Shown: in pieces, positions 1 to 9,228 of the stretch
How the letters are laid out: each line of letters opens with the position of its first letter
How positions within the stretch are numbered: the first letter of the stretch is position 1
The notes under the pieces: model-generated
Told to the model about the DNA's origin: nothing
What the model saw: only the letters and a program-made list of their open reading frames with translations
The model's database searches: none
Made by a program: the position numbers and the translations under genes
Assembly (NCBI GenBank): GCA_964392445.1
Contig: CAYMPD010000007.1
Location: forward strand, 1-44,853
Direction of reading: 5' to 3'
Length of the DNA stretch: 44,853 nt
Source of the DNA: an uncultured archaeon
GTDB lineage: Archaea; Aenigmatarchaeota; Aenigmatarchaeia; CG10238-14

Positions 1-664
1 TGCAAAAATTGCTATCTGAACTACAAAATGCCCCAAAATACCCTTCATTAAGACAGACATCATAACACGTTTCTCTTACACAAATTCCACTATCACAATA
101 TTCATTTCCTGCTATATGGCATTCACATGAGCCATCGCCATCACAATCTTCATAACCATCATCACAAACACATGCAGGCACCCATCCTAAACCACCACAT
201 CCAATCTTTTCTCCGCAATGCGCATTAATATCGCACCGAGCTCCATCACAATCTTCATCGATACAATCTATCTTACAGGCATTGTCGTTATCTGTATCAT
301 CACTACATGATGTTTCTGTTCCACAATCCCACCCACATGTATCACAACAACACCCAGCAGTATCTCCAGGGACTAACTGATCACCACAAACTGGAGTAAA
401 CGGACACACATGGAGCGAACTGCATTGGTAATGCACACAAGTTCCTGGTGGGCAATCTGCTCCAGCATAACAGACACTCCCATCATCTTCTTTACAAAAA
501 GCATTTTCCGACGTACATTCACCACATTTTCCTCCACATCCATCAGGACCACACTCCTTACCTTCACAGTCAGGAATACAAGATTGGGTAAAAACCAAGT
601 TGGGAGAAAGTAAAATGCCAATAATCAAGAAAATAGATATTTTTTTCACAAGTAATTTATTCAA
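1..664 (-). CDS. Secreted cysteine-rich surface protein, 3' end beyond window (missing from the ORF track)
   Basis: Hand translation from TTG at 664 (GGTGG upstream): MNKLLVKKISIFLIIGILLSPNLVFTQS signal peptide, then CIPDCEGKECGPDGCGGKCGEC and many more Cys motifs, open to position 1. The track's 373..621 ORF is a different frame. Confidence 0.8.
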   Translation of the reverse strand, partial: MNKLLVKKISIFLIIGILLSPNLVFTQSCIPDCEGKECGPDGCGGKCGECTSENAFCKEDDGSVCYAGADCPPGTCVHYQCSSLHVCPFTPVCGDQLVPGDTAGCCCDTCGWDCGTETSCSDDTDNDNACKIDCIDEDCDGARCDINAHCGEKIGCGGLGWVPACVCDDGYEDCDGDGSCECHIAGNEYCDSGICVRETCYDVCLNEGYFGAFCSSDSNFC

Positions 665-866
665 ATTCCCCCACCTTTTATCTATTAATTAATTTAACTT
701 ATATCTAAATCTTTGCTCCTTACTTATCTTGCTAGTAAATTTTTCGCTAAAAAGTCACTAAAACTAGATTCAAACTTAATATCATAGAAATTATTCTACG
801 CACTAAACTTTCGTTCCCAGTGAAGTTTTATATGCTAGTTTTGTTAGCTAGAAATAATTTCATATT

Positions 867-1049
867 TTATCCATGGACCTTAATTATCTTTGACTTAATC
901 TTTGACATCCCACCAGTAGGTTCAGCAAGAACATTATCACAAACCAAGCATCTAACAATTCTAGAAGCCTTATTGAAGACCATTTGTTCATTCTTACATT
1001 TAGAACACACTATTTCCAGGAATTTGCTTGTTGGTTGTTCTGTTATCAT
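867..1049 (-). CDS. rps27e: 30S ribosomal protein S27e
   Basis: SKFLEIVCSKCKNEQMVF...VRCLVCDNVLAEPTGG Zn ribbon; follows L44e as in the conserved archaeal cluster. Confidence 0.96.
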   Translation of the reverse strand: MITEQPTSKFLEIVCSKCKNEQMVFNKASRIVRCLVCDNVLAEPTGGMSKIKSKIIKVHG

Positions 1050-1059
1050 AAATTACACC

Positions 1060-1341
1060 TTATTTTTTAACAAGTTTAAACTTTTTGTTTCTGAATCCTT
1101 TACCTCTACTATGTTTTTTCCCACATTCTTTACATTTATACCTTAGATCTGTCCTTTTAACGCTTTTTTGATGGTCAGGTTTAGGTCTAGGAAAACTACC
1201 GTAGCCCTTGAGTTTTCTTAAATACCTTCTTTGACCTTGAGCCATCTTTCTTCTTTGTTTTTTCTTTACTTTTTCAACCTTATGATCAGTATGCTTTCTA
1301 CAAAACGGACAAAATACTCTTTGATCTTTTGGCACTTCCAT
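1060..1341 (-). CDS. rpl44e: 50S ribosomal protein L44e
   Basis: [13 protein letters not shown]...GYGSFPRP...[10 protein letters not shown]. Confidence 0.96.
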   Translation of the reverse strand: MEVPKDQRVFCPFCRKHTDHKVEKVKKKQRRKMAQGQRRYLRKLKGYGSFPRPKPDHQKSVKRTDLRYKCKECGKKHSRGKGFRNKKFKLVKK

Positions 1342-1343
1342 TT

Positions 1344-1898
1344 TTATTCAACCTCTTTTGCATTTCCTGACTTAATCATCAATTCTGCATTCCCAGCCGG
1401 TATTTCAGCTTTATCTCCTGGCTTGAATGGACCATATTTTTTAAGGTCAGAGCCAACAAACTCAGGTATATCTTCTTTGAATTCAACCTTTTTAAGTTTT
1501 GGTTTCTTCTTAGTTCCTTTAGTTTTTTTCCTTAATATATTTAAAGTCTTTTCCCTTTGGTATTTTAGCAGATCAACCAACTGTTTGAAGAATTTCTCCT
1601 CGATTTTATTGAGATTTTGTACTGGAATACCTGTTCTAGCCGCAAAAACCGATTGTTGGAGTATTTTAGTCTCTCTTCGGTTGTAAATATCTTCTAGAAG
1701 GTTTTGGATGTTTGTTAACTCTCTCTCAGCCATTTTATCCTTCTTTTTCTCGGCTAGTCTTCTCTTCTGGTCTAAATATCTCTTAGCTTTATCGTAGAAA
1801 TCATCTGGAATTTCAGATAATTTACTTTCGTACTGTTCTTTTCTCTGAATTTTTCTTATGTATTCGAAGGTTATTGCTTCTTCTTTTTCTTCGGGCAT
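1344..1898 (-). CDS. GINS complex subunit (Gins51/Psf1-like)
   Basis: Helical A domain (LSEIPDDFY...IYNRRETKI) followed by C-terminal B domain ([30 protein letters not shown]); usual position between primase and L44e. Confidence 0.88.
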   Translation of the reverse strand: MPEEKEEAITFEYIRKIQRKEQYESKLSEIPDDFYDKAKRYLDQKRRLAEKKKDKMAERELTNIQNLLEDIYNRRETKILQQSVFAARTGIPVQNLNKIEEKFFKQLVDLLKYQREKTLNILRKKTKGTKKKPKLKKVEFKEDIPEFVGSDLKKYGPFKPGDKAEIPAGNAELMIKSGNAKEVE

Positions 1899-2002
1899 AT
1901 ATTAAAATTAGGATTGAATATTGAAATAAGTCATATAATCTAATTGTTATTACTTTTTGATAGGAAGAAAGTTATAAATAGCTGTGTGATTTTATTGAGG
2001 TT

Positions 2003-2593
2003 ATGTCGAATATAAATCTTATTAAGAGTGTCTTGAACTCTTATTCCTCCCCAGCTGACTTAGAACGTTATGAAGACTTATTTAACTTTTTTAGACCTCT
2101 CTTGATCAGGGATAGAATCGAAAGATTAAAGTCCCCTAATTTATCTAATATATATTTTGAAATAGATGATGATGGATTAAAATATACGGGACTTATAGAT
2201 CCAAGAAATGTTGTTGAAAGAGAATTTTATGTGGGTCTTCTCCCAAACAGAGACCCCAGCGGCACTAGGACTAGATCAGACCAGATATTACCTATACAGT
2301 CAGGTATTATATCTCATAGAGGAATAAGAATATATCAGGATGATGATGAAGTGTGGAAACTAGAGATTGCCACTGAGCCTAATATCAGTCTATATAGAGG
2401 AGTATCAGAAAAGAACGGGAAGATAATATGTGAGGGTGAACTTGAAACGGGAAGATCCATTCCTCTAAGTCATTCAGGAAATACAATATTCGCTTATAAT
2501 GAAAAAAAACCCAAAAGTGGTAAGGAGATAAATATATCAGATTTATCATTCAGATTGTTTATATATCCACCCTATAATCGAAAAGTAACATAA
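2003..2593 (+). CDS. Hypothetical protein (196 aa)
   Basis: Long ORF with plausible composition; no motif recognised. Confidence 0.6.
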   Translation: MSNINLIKSVLNSYSSPADLERYEDLFNFFRPLLIRDRIERLKSPNLSNIYFEIDDDGLKYTGLIDPRNVVEREFYVGLLPNRDPSGTRTRSDQILPIQSGIISHRGIRIYQDDDEVWKLEIATEPNISLYRGVSEKNGKIICEGELETGRSIPLSHSGNTIFAYNEKKPKSGKEINISDLSFRLFIYPPYNRKVT

Positions 2594-2612
2594 TTAAAGA
2601 GAGGTCTCACAT

Positions 2613-3911
2613 TCAATAATCTCTGCTGGTCCATCCCTTCTTATTCCCTTTCAATTTCCTAAACACATAATTAATCGGATTTTTCAACCCCTCACAACAG
2701 TCACCAGCAATATCCCCAAGGATAGATTTGTAATAGTTCTCATTATCACAATTTGGTGGTAAAAGGTTTCTAGGTTGTCTTTTATGCCATCTTAACTGTG
2801 TATCAATGTATCTCTTAGAAAGTGGACTAGCATTTCTTTGATTCCATTCCTCCAGTTCTTTTTCTATCTCCTCCCAGGACCAACCCATGTTCTGTAAAAA
2901 GGTGATGAGAATGAAAACAGATCTTTTCCTACCATCTCTTAAACCTTGAAGTATTTGGTGAATACATGGTGGGAAGTACTTCTTAGGGACTTTTTTCAAT
3001 TTTCTTCTAGGTCCTTTGTATTCCTCTCTTTCTCGTTCTGTACTATATTTCTCAGACCAATCTAACGCCTCAGTAATTAACGCCGTCGCTTCTGTTAATT
3101 CGGGCTTTTCTCCAAGGAACTTAGTATCCAATTTAATTTTAAAAGATTCTGCGTTCTTTTTCTGAAAATCGTCTAGTTGTTCTAATTTCAACGGTAAACT
3201 AACCAACAGGGATTTTTCATGAAGACTGTAAGGAAGACGAAACATGTGACGAGAAGAAGCAACCATACTATCTAGTTCAACAAGTTTAAGTGGATTTAAA
3301 CCTTCTTTATCTATACAATCATGAATATTTTTTTCGACTCTTTCCGCAAGTTTGAGAGGATTATCAAGTTCAAGGAACCTTTCTCTCAGTGCTTCTTTAA
3401 TGTAATCTTTAAGATATTCTATTATTGCTCTAGCGGCATCAGGATAAAGTCTCTCTATTTTCTTCTCATTAATTGTATCAGGAAAAGACTCAAATGGAAC
3501 GCCTAAGTGAAAAGACTTACCACCAGTAAATTTGATCGAATAAGTGGTTATACCGTGATCATCTAAAGCCTCACATAAGGTTCTAACAGTTATTTTCGAG
3601 AGTTCAAAGTCCGGGCAATCAGGGTCAAGTATCAAATCCCATCCTATCCTAAGTTCATTCAGTTTTTCCAGAGTCATCCCAGACTCCAATCTCATAGGAC
3701 TAGACCATCTTTCAACAGAACCATGAAAACTCACCACGCCCTTCTTAACCATTTCCATTATATCATCGGGATAAGTAAGAACATTGGGTCTTTGGTCAAA
3801 TTTACCATTATCATAAACTCCTACTATTTCTCTGTCATTAGATACTGCCAACAAAGCCTTCTGTACCTCTTCTCGTGAGTAGTATTTCCACACTTTCAAG
3901 GAATTATTCAT
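2613..3911 (-). CDS. Fused DNA primase PriS-PriL (DPANN type)
   Basis: AEP motifs WDLILDPD, KFTGGKSFH and HMFRLPYSLHEKS, then a PriL-CTD-like tail (YFPPCI...DGRKR...LLPPNC...KNP). Confidence 0.9.
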   Translation of the reverse strand: MNNSLKVWKYYSREEVQKALLAVSNDREIVGVYDNGKFDQRPNVLTYPDDIMEMVKKGVVSFHGSVERWSSPMRLESGMTLEKLNELRIGWDLILDPDCPDFELSKITVRTLCEALDDHGITTYSIKFTGGKSFHLGVPFESFPDTINEKKIERLYPDAARAIIEYLKDYIKEALRERFLELDNPLKLAERVEKNIHDCIDKEGLNPLKLVELDSMVASSRHMFRLPYSLHEKSLLVSLPLKLEQLDDFQKKNAESFKIKLDTKFLGEKPELTEATALITEALDWSEKYSTEREREEYKGPRRKLKKVPKKYFPPCIHQILQGLRDGRKRSVFILITFLQNMGWSWEEIEKELEEWNQRNASPLSKRYIDTQLRWHKRQPRNLLPPNCDNENYYKSILGDIAGDCCEGLKNPINYVFRKLKGNKKGWTSRDY

Positions 3912-4013
3912 GAATTGTTATTGGGGTTGAAGGAATAAATTGGTTTTTTGTTACTACAATTTAGTTATTACAGTATAGAAATACTTATATAGTCGATTGA
4001 ATTATTATAGGAT

Positions 4014-4790
4014 ATGATTTTAGATCTATTAGGTATTAAAGGTAATAAAAACACCGAAAGAAGACTCAGAAGATTAACAGAAGAAAGAGATTATGATGAA
4101 TTATCTAGATTATTTAGAAGGGCTGGTTATCCGTTAATGCCAAGCGATTTCGAAGGTGTTAGAGTTGTTGATACTAGAAGTTTACCCACAACTTATGGAC
4201 CCAAATTAGGAGAAGTTTTCTCAGGTCTAGAACAACGTACCCTTGAATTTCCGTATGAGAGATGGGATGAAGTTGCTAGAAAGCTGGGTATAGAAGAATG
4301 GAGTGGAATGGCAGGTCTTGTCAATGGTGTTAATGTTATTTCAGATAGAGCGCCTCATGAGGATGCTCATAATTTTTTTGAAAGTTTAAGATCAGAGCCT
4401 TCAGATCCAGTTTTAAGATTACAGTATTATTTAATAGATGAAATAGCTGCTTGGTATCTTGATCATCTAACGGGAAGACGAAATATTCCAGATATGAATC
4501 GCTATCGTAGTTACTATACTCAACAACTATCCTGTAATACTATCTTAAGTCCTAAAGAAACAAGGGAATATGGCAAATTAGCTAGAAGAGTCTGTGAACT
4601 GGTAATAGAAAGAGATGTTGGAATAGAAGATTTTTGGGAAAAACTAAGTGATTCTAATGTTTATCTCAGATATCTACATGATTGGTTGGGAGGTTACACA
4701 GGACCTAATCTAACATATGATGAAATTTTCCCTCCATGGGTCCAAGAGACTATACAAAATAATAACAGAATGTATTCACAAATGAATTAA
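4014..4790 (+). CDS. Hypothetical protein with HExxH zincin-like motif
   Basis: APHEDAHNFF followed about 20 aa later by DEIAAW (possible third ligand); peptidase function is an inference. Confidence 0.5.
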   Translation: MILDLLGIKGNKNTERRLRRLTEERDYDELSRLFRRAGYPLMPSDFEGVRVVDTRSLPTTYGPKLGEVFSGLEQRTLEFPYERWDEVARKLGIEEWSGMAGLVNGVNVISDRAPHEDAHNFFESLRSEPSDPVLRLQYYLIDEIAAWYLDHLTGRRNIPDMNRYRSYYTQQLSCNTILSPKETREYGKLARRVCELVIERDVGIEDFWEKLSDSNVYLRYLHDWLGGYTGPNLTYDEIFPPWVQETIQNNNRMYSQMN

Positions 4791-4853
4791 AAAACCAATC
4801 AAACTTAAATTCTTAAACATTAAACCCTAATAAATCAAGGATAAGGTGAATGA

Positions 4854-5117
4854 ATGGGAAACGTAAGAACAAGTCACATCAAATTACTCTCAGAAAAACT
4901 AATAGAACTCCATCCCGACAAATTCTCCAAAGGTTTTGAAAAAAACAAAGAAGTTCTTGAAGAATTAATGAATTTTGAATCAAAAACAATCAGAAACAAA
5001 GTAGCAGGTTATATTACCCATAGTATTGATAAATTAGAAAAACTTGATTCACTTAAAGTAACTTACCAAGATCCTGAACCCGACAAAAGGAAAAAGAAAA
5101 AACGTAAAAAACGCTAA
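4854..5117 (+). CDS. rps17e: 30S ribosomal protein S17e
   Basis: MGNVRTSHIK...FEKNK...SKTIRNKVAGYIT; AAGGTGA RBS upstream. Confidence 0.96.
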   Translation: MGNVRTSHIKLLSEKLIELHPDKFSKGFEKNKEVLEELMNFESKTIRNKVAGYITHSIDKLEKLDSLKVTYQDPEPDKRKKKKRKKR

Positions 5118-5896
5118 ACAAACTCATAACTGACACTCATACTTGCACTAACTTCTATTGTTCCTGGACTAATTTGTGTTTCTGCTTCCATTGCTTCCCC
5201 CGCCTTTGCTAATGTATCATAATATCTGTAAACAGGTTGATAATAACTTGATTCACTGGCTCTTAGAACTCCCGTGATATCAACTCCTAGTCCATCTGCT
5301 ATTGCTTTTGCTTTAACTTCTGCATTTTTGGATGCTTCCTTTAATACCTGATTCCTATATTCTGCCTGTTTTTCATCTGTTAGCCCAAAATTGACTCCTT
5401 GGAATCTATTCGCACCCGCTGAAGCTGCAGCATCAATAACTTTACCTACATTGTCTATGTTTGTTGTCTTAACTCTAATCATTTGAGTTGTTTTATAAGA
5501 GATTATCTCATAGTAATTTTCTTCACTTCTCCAGTTTCTTATTGGTTGAACACTATATTGGTAGGTTTTGATATCTTTCTCCCAAATACCATTCGCTTTT
5601 AAAGCATTCATAACCTTTTCCATAGTTTCTGCGTTTAATTGCTGAGAATCTAAGGCATTTACCTCTTGTGTTTCCACTCCCAATATTATCTCAGCTTCGT
5701 TAGGATCTACTTTAAGGCTTGACTCACCTGTTACCTGGATGCTATTTTCTGGTTCCAGTGTTCCTCCTCCGCCAGTTATCTTTCCTTGTAGGTTAACATT
5801 GACTGGTTTAAGAACCACTAAACCCGCCATCGCTATTAGTCCCAAGACCAGCAGTACAAATACGAGCCCCTCAGTCTTTGTTTTCATATTTATCAC
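5114..5896 (-). CDS. SIMPL/DUF541 (YggE/BP26-like) membrane-anchored protein
   Basis: N-terminal TM helix; IQVTGESSLKVDPNEAEIILGV, VIDAAASAGANRFQGVNFGL, ISPGTIEVSASMSVSY; start may be ATG 5887. Confidence 0.88.
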   Translation of the reverse strand: MINMKTKTEGLVFVLLVLGLIAMAGLVVLKPVNVNLQGKITGGGGTLEPENSIQVTGESSLKVDPNEAEIILGVETQEVNALDSQQLNAETMEKVMNALKANGIWEKDIKTYQYSVQPIRNWRSEENYYEIISYKTTQMIRVKTTNIDNVGKVIDAAASAGANRFQGVNFGLTDEKQAEYRNQVLKEASKNAEVKAKAIADGLGVDITGVLRASESSYYQPVYRYYDTLAKAGEAMEAETQISPGTIEVSASMSVSYEFV

Positions 5897-5963
5897 TAGT
5901 AATGACTTGGTTAGGTATGTTTAAAAATTGTTAGGTTTTTGTAAGGATGAAACCGAACGATTT

Positions 5964-6212
5964 TTAAAGTTCGGAGATTGAATCTCTAATTGTCTCGAGT
6001 TTTGATTTTATCTCGCTTATTTTGTAGATTGAAAGTAGAATTAAAAGAATAGATACACTAATTGCTGCTGTTTTGATATCACTCGGAAGACTTAATACAT
6101 TCGTTATTAATCCCAAACTTGCCGCAAGACCAAGGTTACCCCATAATTTGAATTCTTCCACCATTTCTTTGTGTTCGAGATCCTTTGCGTTCTTTACAAA
6201 TTTTTTACTCAT
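5964..6212 (-). CDS. Small membrane protein
   Basis: Two hydrophobic segments; 4-nt overlap with upstream ORF. Confidence 0.6.
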   Translation of the reverse strand: MSKKFVKNAKDLEHKEMVEEFKLWGNLGLAASLGLITNVLSLPSDIKTAAISVSILLILLSIYKISEIKSKLETIRDSISEL

Positions 6213-6427
6213 TCAAAAAACCCAGAAAAACCGATTATTAATAGAACTAATCCTACTATCTGAACCACTGGTTTTGACACAAATGTCACGAGAGAAGTGA
6301 TAGTATCGGGTGATGCTAATAGAAAAGTTCCAAAAACAGCGAATGAAATTAACCATCTTTTCGAAATTTTTTTCTTAGATTTAGCCATATCAATATTTCT
6401 CTTTTCGGTCTTATAAATCATAATCAT
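6209..6427 (-). CDS. Small membrane protein (likely start ATG 6388)
   Basis: Basic N-terminus followed by two hydrophobic segments. Confidence 0.55.
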   Translation of the reverse strand: MIMIYKTEKRNIDMAKSKKKISKRWLISFAVFGTFLLASPDTITSLVTFVSKPVVQIVGLVLLIIGFSGFFE

Positions 6428-6434
6428 TTATAAA
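6427..6434 (+). promoter_or_regulatory. TATA box (TTTATAAA) for the sRNA; palindromic, so possibly bidirectional
   Basis: Lies at -31..-24 relative to G6458, the first base of the RNA terminal stem. Confidence 0.6.
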
Positions 6435-6457
6435 CTTTTATTCAACTAATCTTACTT

Positions 6458-6527
6458 GGGTCACGATGAAGAGACCATCCCAGACTGACCGAAAGGGAGG
6501 AAGACGGAGGTAGCTCTTGAGTGGCCC
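6458..6527 (+). ncRNA. Box C/D sRNA (2'-O-methylation guide)
   Basis: Terminal stem GGGUCAC/GUGGCCC; box C AUGAAGA 6466-6472; 12-nt guide; D' CUGA 6485-6488; CC-GAAA-GG hairpin; C' AGGAAGA 6498-6504; 12-nt guide; D UUGA 6517-6520. Both box pairs can form k-turns. Confidence 0.8.
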
Positions 6528-6558
6528 ATTATTTTCACATGAAAGGTGAGGGGAGAAA

Positions 6559-6960
6559 ATGAAGAAAGTTTTTGTATCATTTCGATTTACAGGGGAAGAT
6601 AAGAAAGAACTTAAAAAAATAATTCCTGAGATTCATAATTCCTTAGAAAAAATAGGTTATAAAGTTTACTCGACTATTTTTGATTCCGAAAAATTTAGCG
6701 AAGAAAATTGGACTGGTAAAGAAATAATGAAAAGGGTATTCAGAGAAATAGACAATTCTGATTTAGTTTTGTTCTTCGTCAGGAATTCAAAAGTAAGTCA
6801 AGGGATGTTAGTGGAATTGGGATATTCTCTCGCCAAGAAAAAGGAATTATTATTAGCTATCCAGAAAAATGTCAAAGAAAGTATATTCCGAAGACAAATA
6901 GATCAAGTAATTGAATTTGAAGATTTAGATGATTTAAAAGAAAAACTAGTAATGATTTAA
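6559..6960 (+). CDS. Nucleoside 2-deoxyribosyltransferase / Rcl-like family protein
   Basis: KVFVSF, IDNSDLVLFF, SQGMLVELGYSLAKKK; GGTGAGG RBS. Confidence 0.78.
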   Translation: MKKVFVSFRFTGEDKKELKKIIPEIHNSLEKIGYKVYSTIFDSEKFSEENWTGKEIMKRVFREIDNSDLVLFFVRNSKVSQGMLVELGYSLAKKKELLLAIQKNVKESIFRRQIDQVIEFEDLDDLKEKLVMI

Positions 6961-8108
6961 TCAACAATATACTTAACCTTATTTCCCTCCGAACTAATCG
7001 TACATTCCAAAAGGTCTTCAATTATCTCAACATATTTCTCCTTAGGAACACTTCTACCACCCAAACCAAGAATGTAATTATTAATTGTTCTCTTATAACC
7101 GTACATTAAAGATCGAATATCATGATAAATTATCCCACCATAACCCGGAGCAATGTTTTGATCACATACACCAATTCCAACAACATCGTTAAGAGCATCT
7201 TCTAGCTCCTTGAACGGGAATGGCCTGTAAACGGTTATTTTTACTAAACCTACCTTAATCCCTTTTTTCCTCGCTTCTAAAACCGCAGCCTTAGCAGTTG
7301 AAGTCATCGCACCAACAGAAACCAAAGCAACAACAGCATCATCCATCTTAAACCTCTCAATAACACCATAGTTGGTATTGTGTTTTTTATTCCACTGTTT
7401 GAACGTTTTCTTAATTATTCCAAGTGCATTTTCCATAGCTTTTTGCTGTTGTAGTCGGAATTCCATATATTCATCCATAACTGGTACTCCAAGATTCATG
7501 GGTTTATCAGGATCCAAATAAGTTAGAGGTTTATACTTCGGCAAAAATTTATCAACACTCTTTTGAGTGGGGATTTTAACTGGCTCCCGGGTATAACTAA
7601 GAATAAATCCGTCCAGATTAACAAAACAGGGAAGAAGTACTTTATGATCCTCAGCGATTTTGAAAGCCTGTAAAGTTAAATCCATTACTTCTTGATTGTT
7701 CTCAGTGAAAAATATCATCCACCCAGTATCTCGTTGATCAAGTATATCATTGTGATCAGTCCAAAGTGTTATCGGTGCAGACAAACCACGAGAAACATTA
7801 ATCATAACAATAGGTAATCTCATCCCAGAAGCCACATAAAGAATCTCATGCATAAGTAATAATCCCTGGGACGAAGATGCAGTAAATGTTCTTACGCCTG
7901 TAGCTTCAGAAGCAACTGAGGCTGACATGACTGAGTGTTCAGAATCAACGTCCAAGAAGTCCCCTTTAAACTTTCCATCTACTTTCCATTTGGCTAATGT
8001 CTCAATCAACTCAGTCTGGGGAGTAACGGGGAAATTGGGAACTACTTTTACTTTCGCTAATCGAGCTGCCCATGCTCCTGCCTCATTTCCATCCATTAAT
8101 TTTTTCAT
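6957..8108 (-). CDS. porA: Pyruvate/2-oxoacid:ferredoxin oxidoreductase alpha subunit
   Basis: DGNEAGAWAARLA, FPVTPQTE, SEHSVMSA, TASSSQGL, YRPFP, YILGLGG. Confidence 0.93.
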   Translation of the reverse strand: MKKLMDGNEAGAWAARLAKVKVVPNFPVTPQTELIETLAKWKVDGKFKGDFLDVDSEHSVMSASVASEATGVRTFTASSSQGLLLMHEILYVASGMRLPIVMINVSRGLSAPITLWTDHNDILDQRDTGWMIFFTENNQEVMDLTLQAFKIAEDHKVLLPCFVNLDGFILSYTREPVKIPTQKSVDKFLPKYKPLTYLDPDKPMNLGVPVMDEYMEFRLQQQKAMENALGIIKKTFKQWNKKHNTNYGVIERFKMDDAVVALVSVGAMTSTAKAAVLEARKKGIKVGLVKITVYRPFPFKELEDALNDVVGIGVCDQNIAPGYGGIIYHDIRSLMYGYKRTINNYILGLGGRSVPKEKYVEIIEDLLECTISSEGNKVKYIVD

Positions 8109-8407
8109 TTTTTACCACTCAACTCTCTATGAACCCAAACTATTGTACAGGATATCAAATACCAATAAACTATCCAACTTACCATCAAACTCACACCTTC
8201 GAAATAAAAACGGGTGGGTATCAAAACTCTAAATAAAGATAATTCAATCATTCTCATCGTTTTTGGAGGAGGTGTTATCCAAGATATGGAAAAAACTAAA
8301 GTTAGTAAAAAGAGGAGACAAACAACCAAAACTTTTCCTAAATCTGGTGTAAAAAATTGATTAAATCTTCTTTTTTTCATCTTATTCCAACCCCGCGCAC
8401 TCTTCAC
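8105..8407 (-). CDS. Small membrane protein
   Basis: Two TM-like segments; overlaps both neighbours. Confidence 0.6.
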   Translation of the reverse strand: MKSARGWNKMKKRRFNQFFTPDLGKVLVVCLLFLLTLVFSISWITPPPKTMRMIELSLFRVLIPTRFYFEGVSLMVSWIVYWYLISCTIVWVHRELSGKK

Positions 8408-8900
8408 TCATATATTCCCTAAGAGAACACCAGTCCTCATGGCACTGCTGAACCACTTCATAGTGTGTACAAAATATTTGTCCTAAAAATTGTAATATCC
8501 TTGATTTTATTTTCACACCAATTAATTTTCTCTTAGGTATTTCTTTGATAATAACATTAGTTTGGTATAGATTTGCAATAACATCTTTTTGCTCCTTTGA
8601 CAAATCATAAGCTCCTTCATCTTCCATATCATCGAGTATTCTCCTAAATTCTCCCTGACTTAAACATTCAACATCAACTTCATTACAAGTAATAATCATT
8701 CCATTCTCGTTAATCCCAATAGTGTAATCATCATAACTCTTCTCCAGTTCTTTACTGCTGATTTTTACAAAATTTTCAGACATTTTCAAAGGATCTAACT
8801 CCATAGGATGATGTAATTGGATAACATTTGGCTGGACTCTAGCATATACTCCAAAAAAACTGAAGAATACAATTAAACCAACAATTAATTTCCTAATCAT
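8382..8900 (-). CDS. Secreted hypothetical protein with Cys-containing C-terminus
   Basis: Signal peptide MIRKLIVGLIVFFSFFGVYA; overlaps the porD stop. Confidence 0.65.
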   Translation of the reverse strand: MIRKLIVGLIVFFSFFGVYARVQPNVIQLHHPMELDPLKMSENFVKISSKELEKSYDDYTIGINENGMIITCNEVDVECLSQGEFRRILDDMEDEGAYDLSKEQKDVIANLYQTNVIIKEIPKRKLIGVKIKSRILQFLGQIFCTHYEVVQQCHEDWCSLREYMSEECAGLE

Positions 8901-9228
8901 GTGTTTCTCTCACCTTCTTGATGCACCTAACCGGACAAACATCGGCACAAACCAAACAGCCTTTGCAAATACTGTAATCAATTTTTGGGTGTCCGTTCTT
9001 ATCAATTTTTATAGCAGATTCTGGGCAGGAAATCCAGCACTGACGACACTTGATACATTTTTTCTTGTCAATAACCGGTCTAAAAATTCTCCAACTACCT
9101 GTATTCCTCTTAACGCTACTACCCTTGGCTTCTATGTATGGTATTCCTTCCTTTCCTTTATACTCTATCTCTTCTATACCAACAGATTTCTTTTTCTTTT
9201 TGATTTTTTTAACTATTTTTTTAACCAT
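8893..9228 (-). CDS. porD: Pyruvate/2-oxoacid:ferredoxin oxidoreductase delta subunit (2x[4Fe-4S])
   Basis: NTGSWRIFRPVID, CIKCRQCWISCP, CKGCLVCADVCP; start reassigned to ATG 9228, which overlaps the porC stop. Confidence 0.92.
   Translation of the reverse strand: MVKKIVKKIKKKKKSVGIEEIEYKGKEGIPYIEAKGSSVKRNTGSWRIFRPVIDKKKCIKCRQCWISCPESAIKIDKNGHPKIDYSICKGCLVCADVCPVRCIKKVRETHD

Noticed and set aside
373-1686. Track ORFs 373..621, 410..613, 820..1146 and 1231..1686
   Set aside because: Alternative-frame or antisense shadows of the Cys-rich, S27e, L44e and GINS genes.
6458-6527. Riboswitch, RNase P, SRP or hammerhead interpretation of the structured RNA
   Set aside because: Core motifs of those RNAs are absent; four C/D boxes with two 12-nt spacers fit much better.
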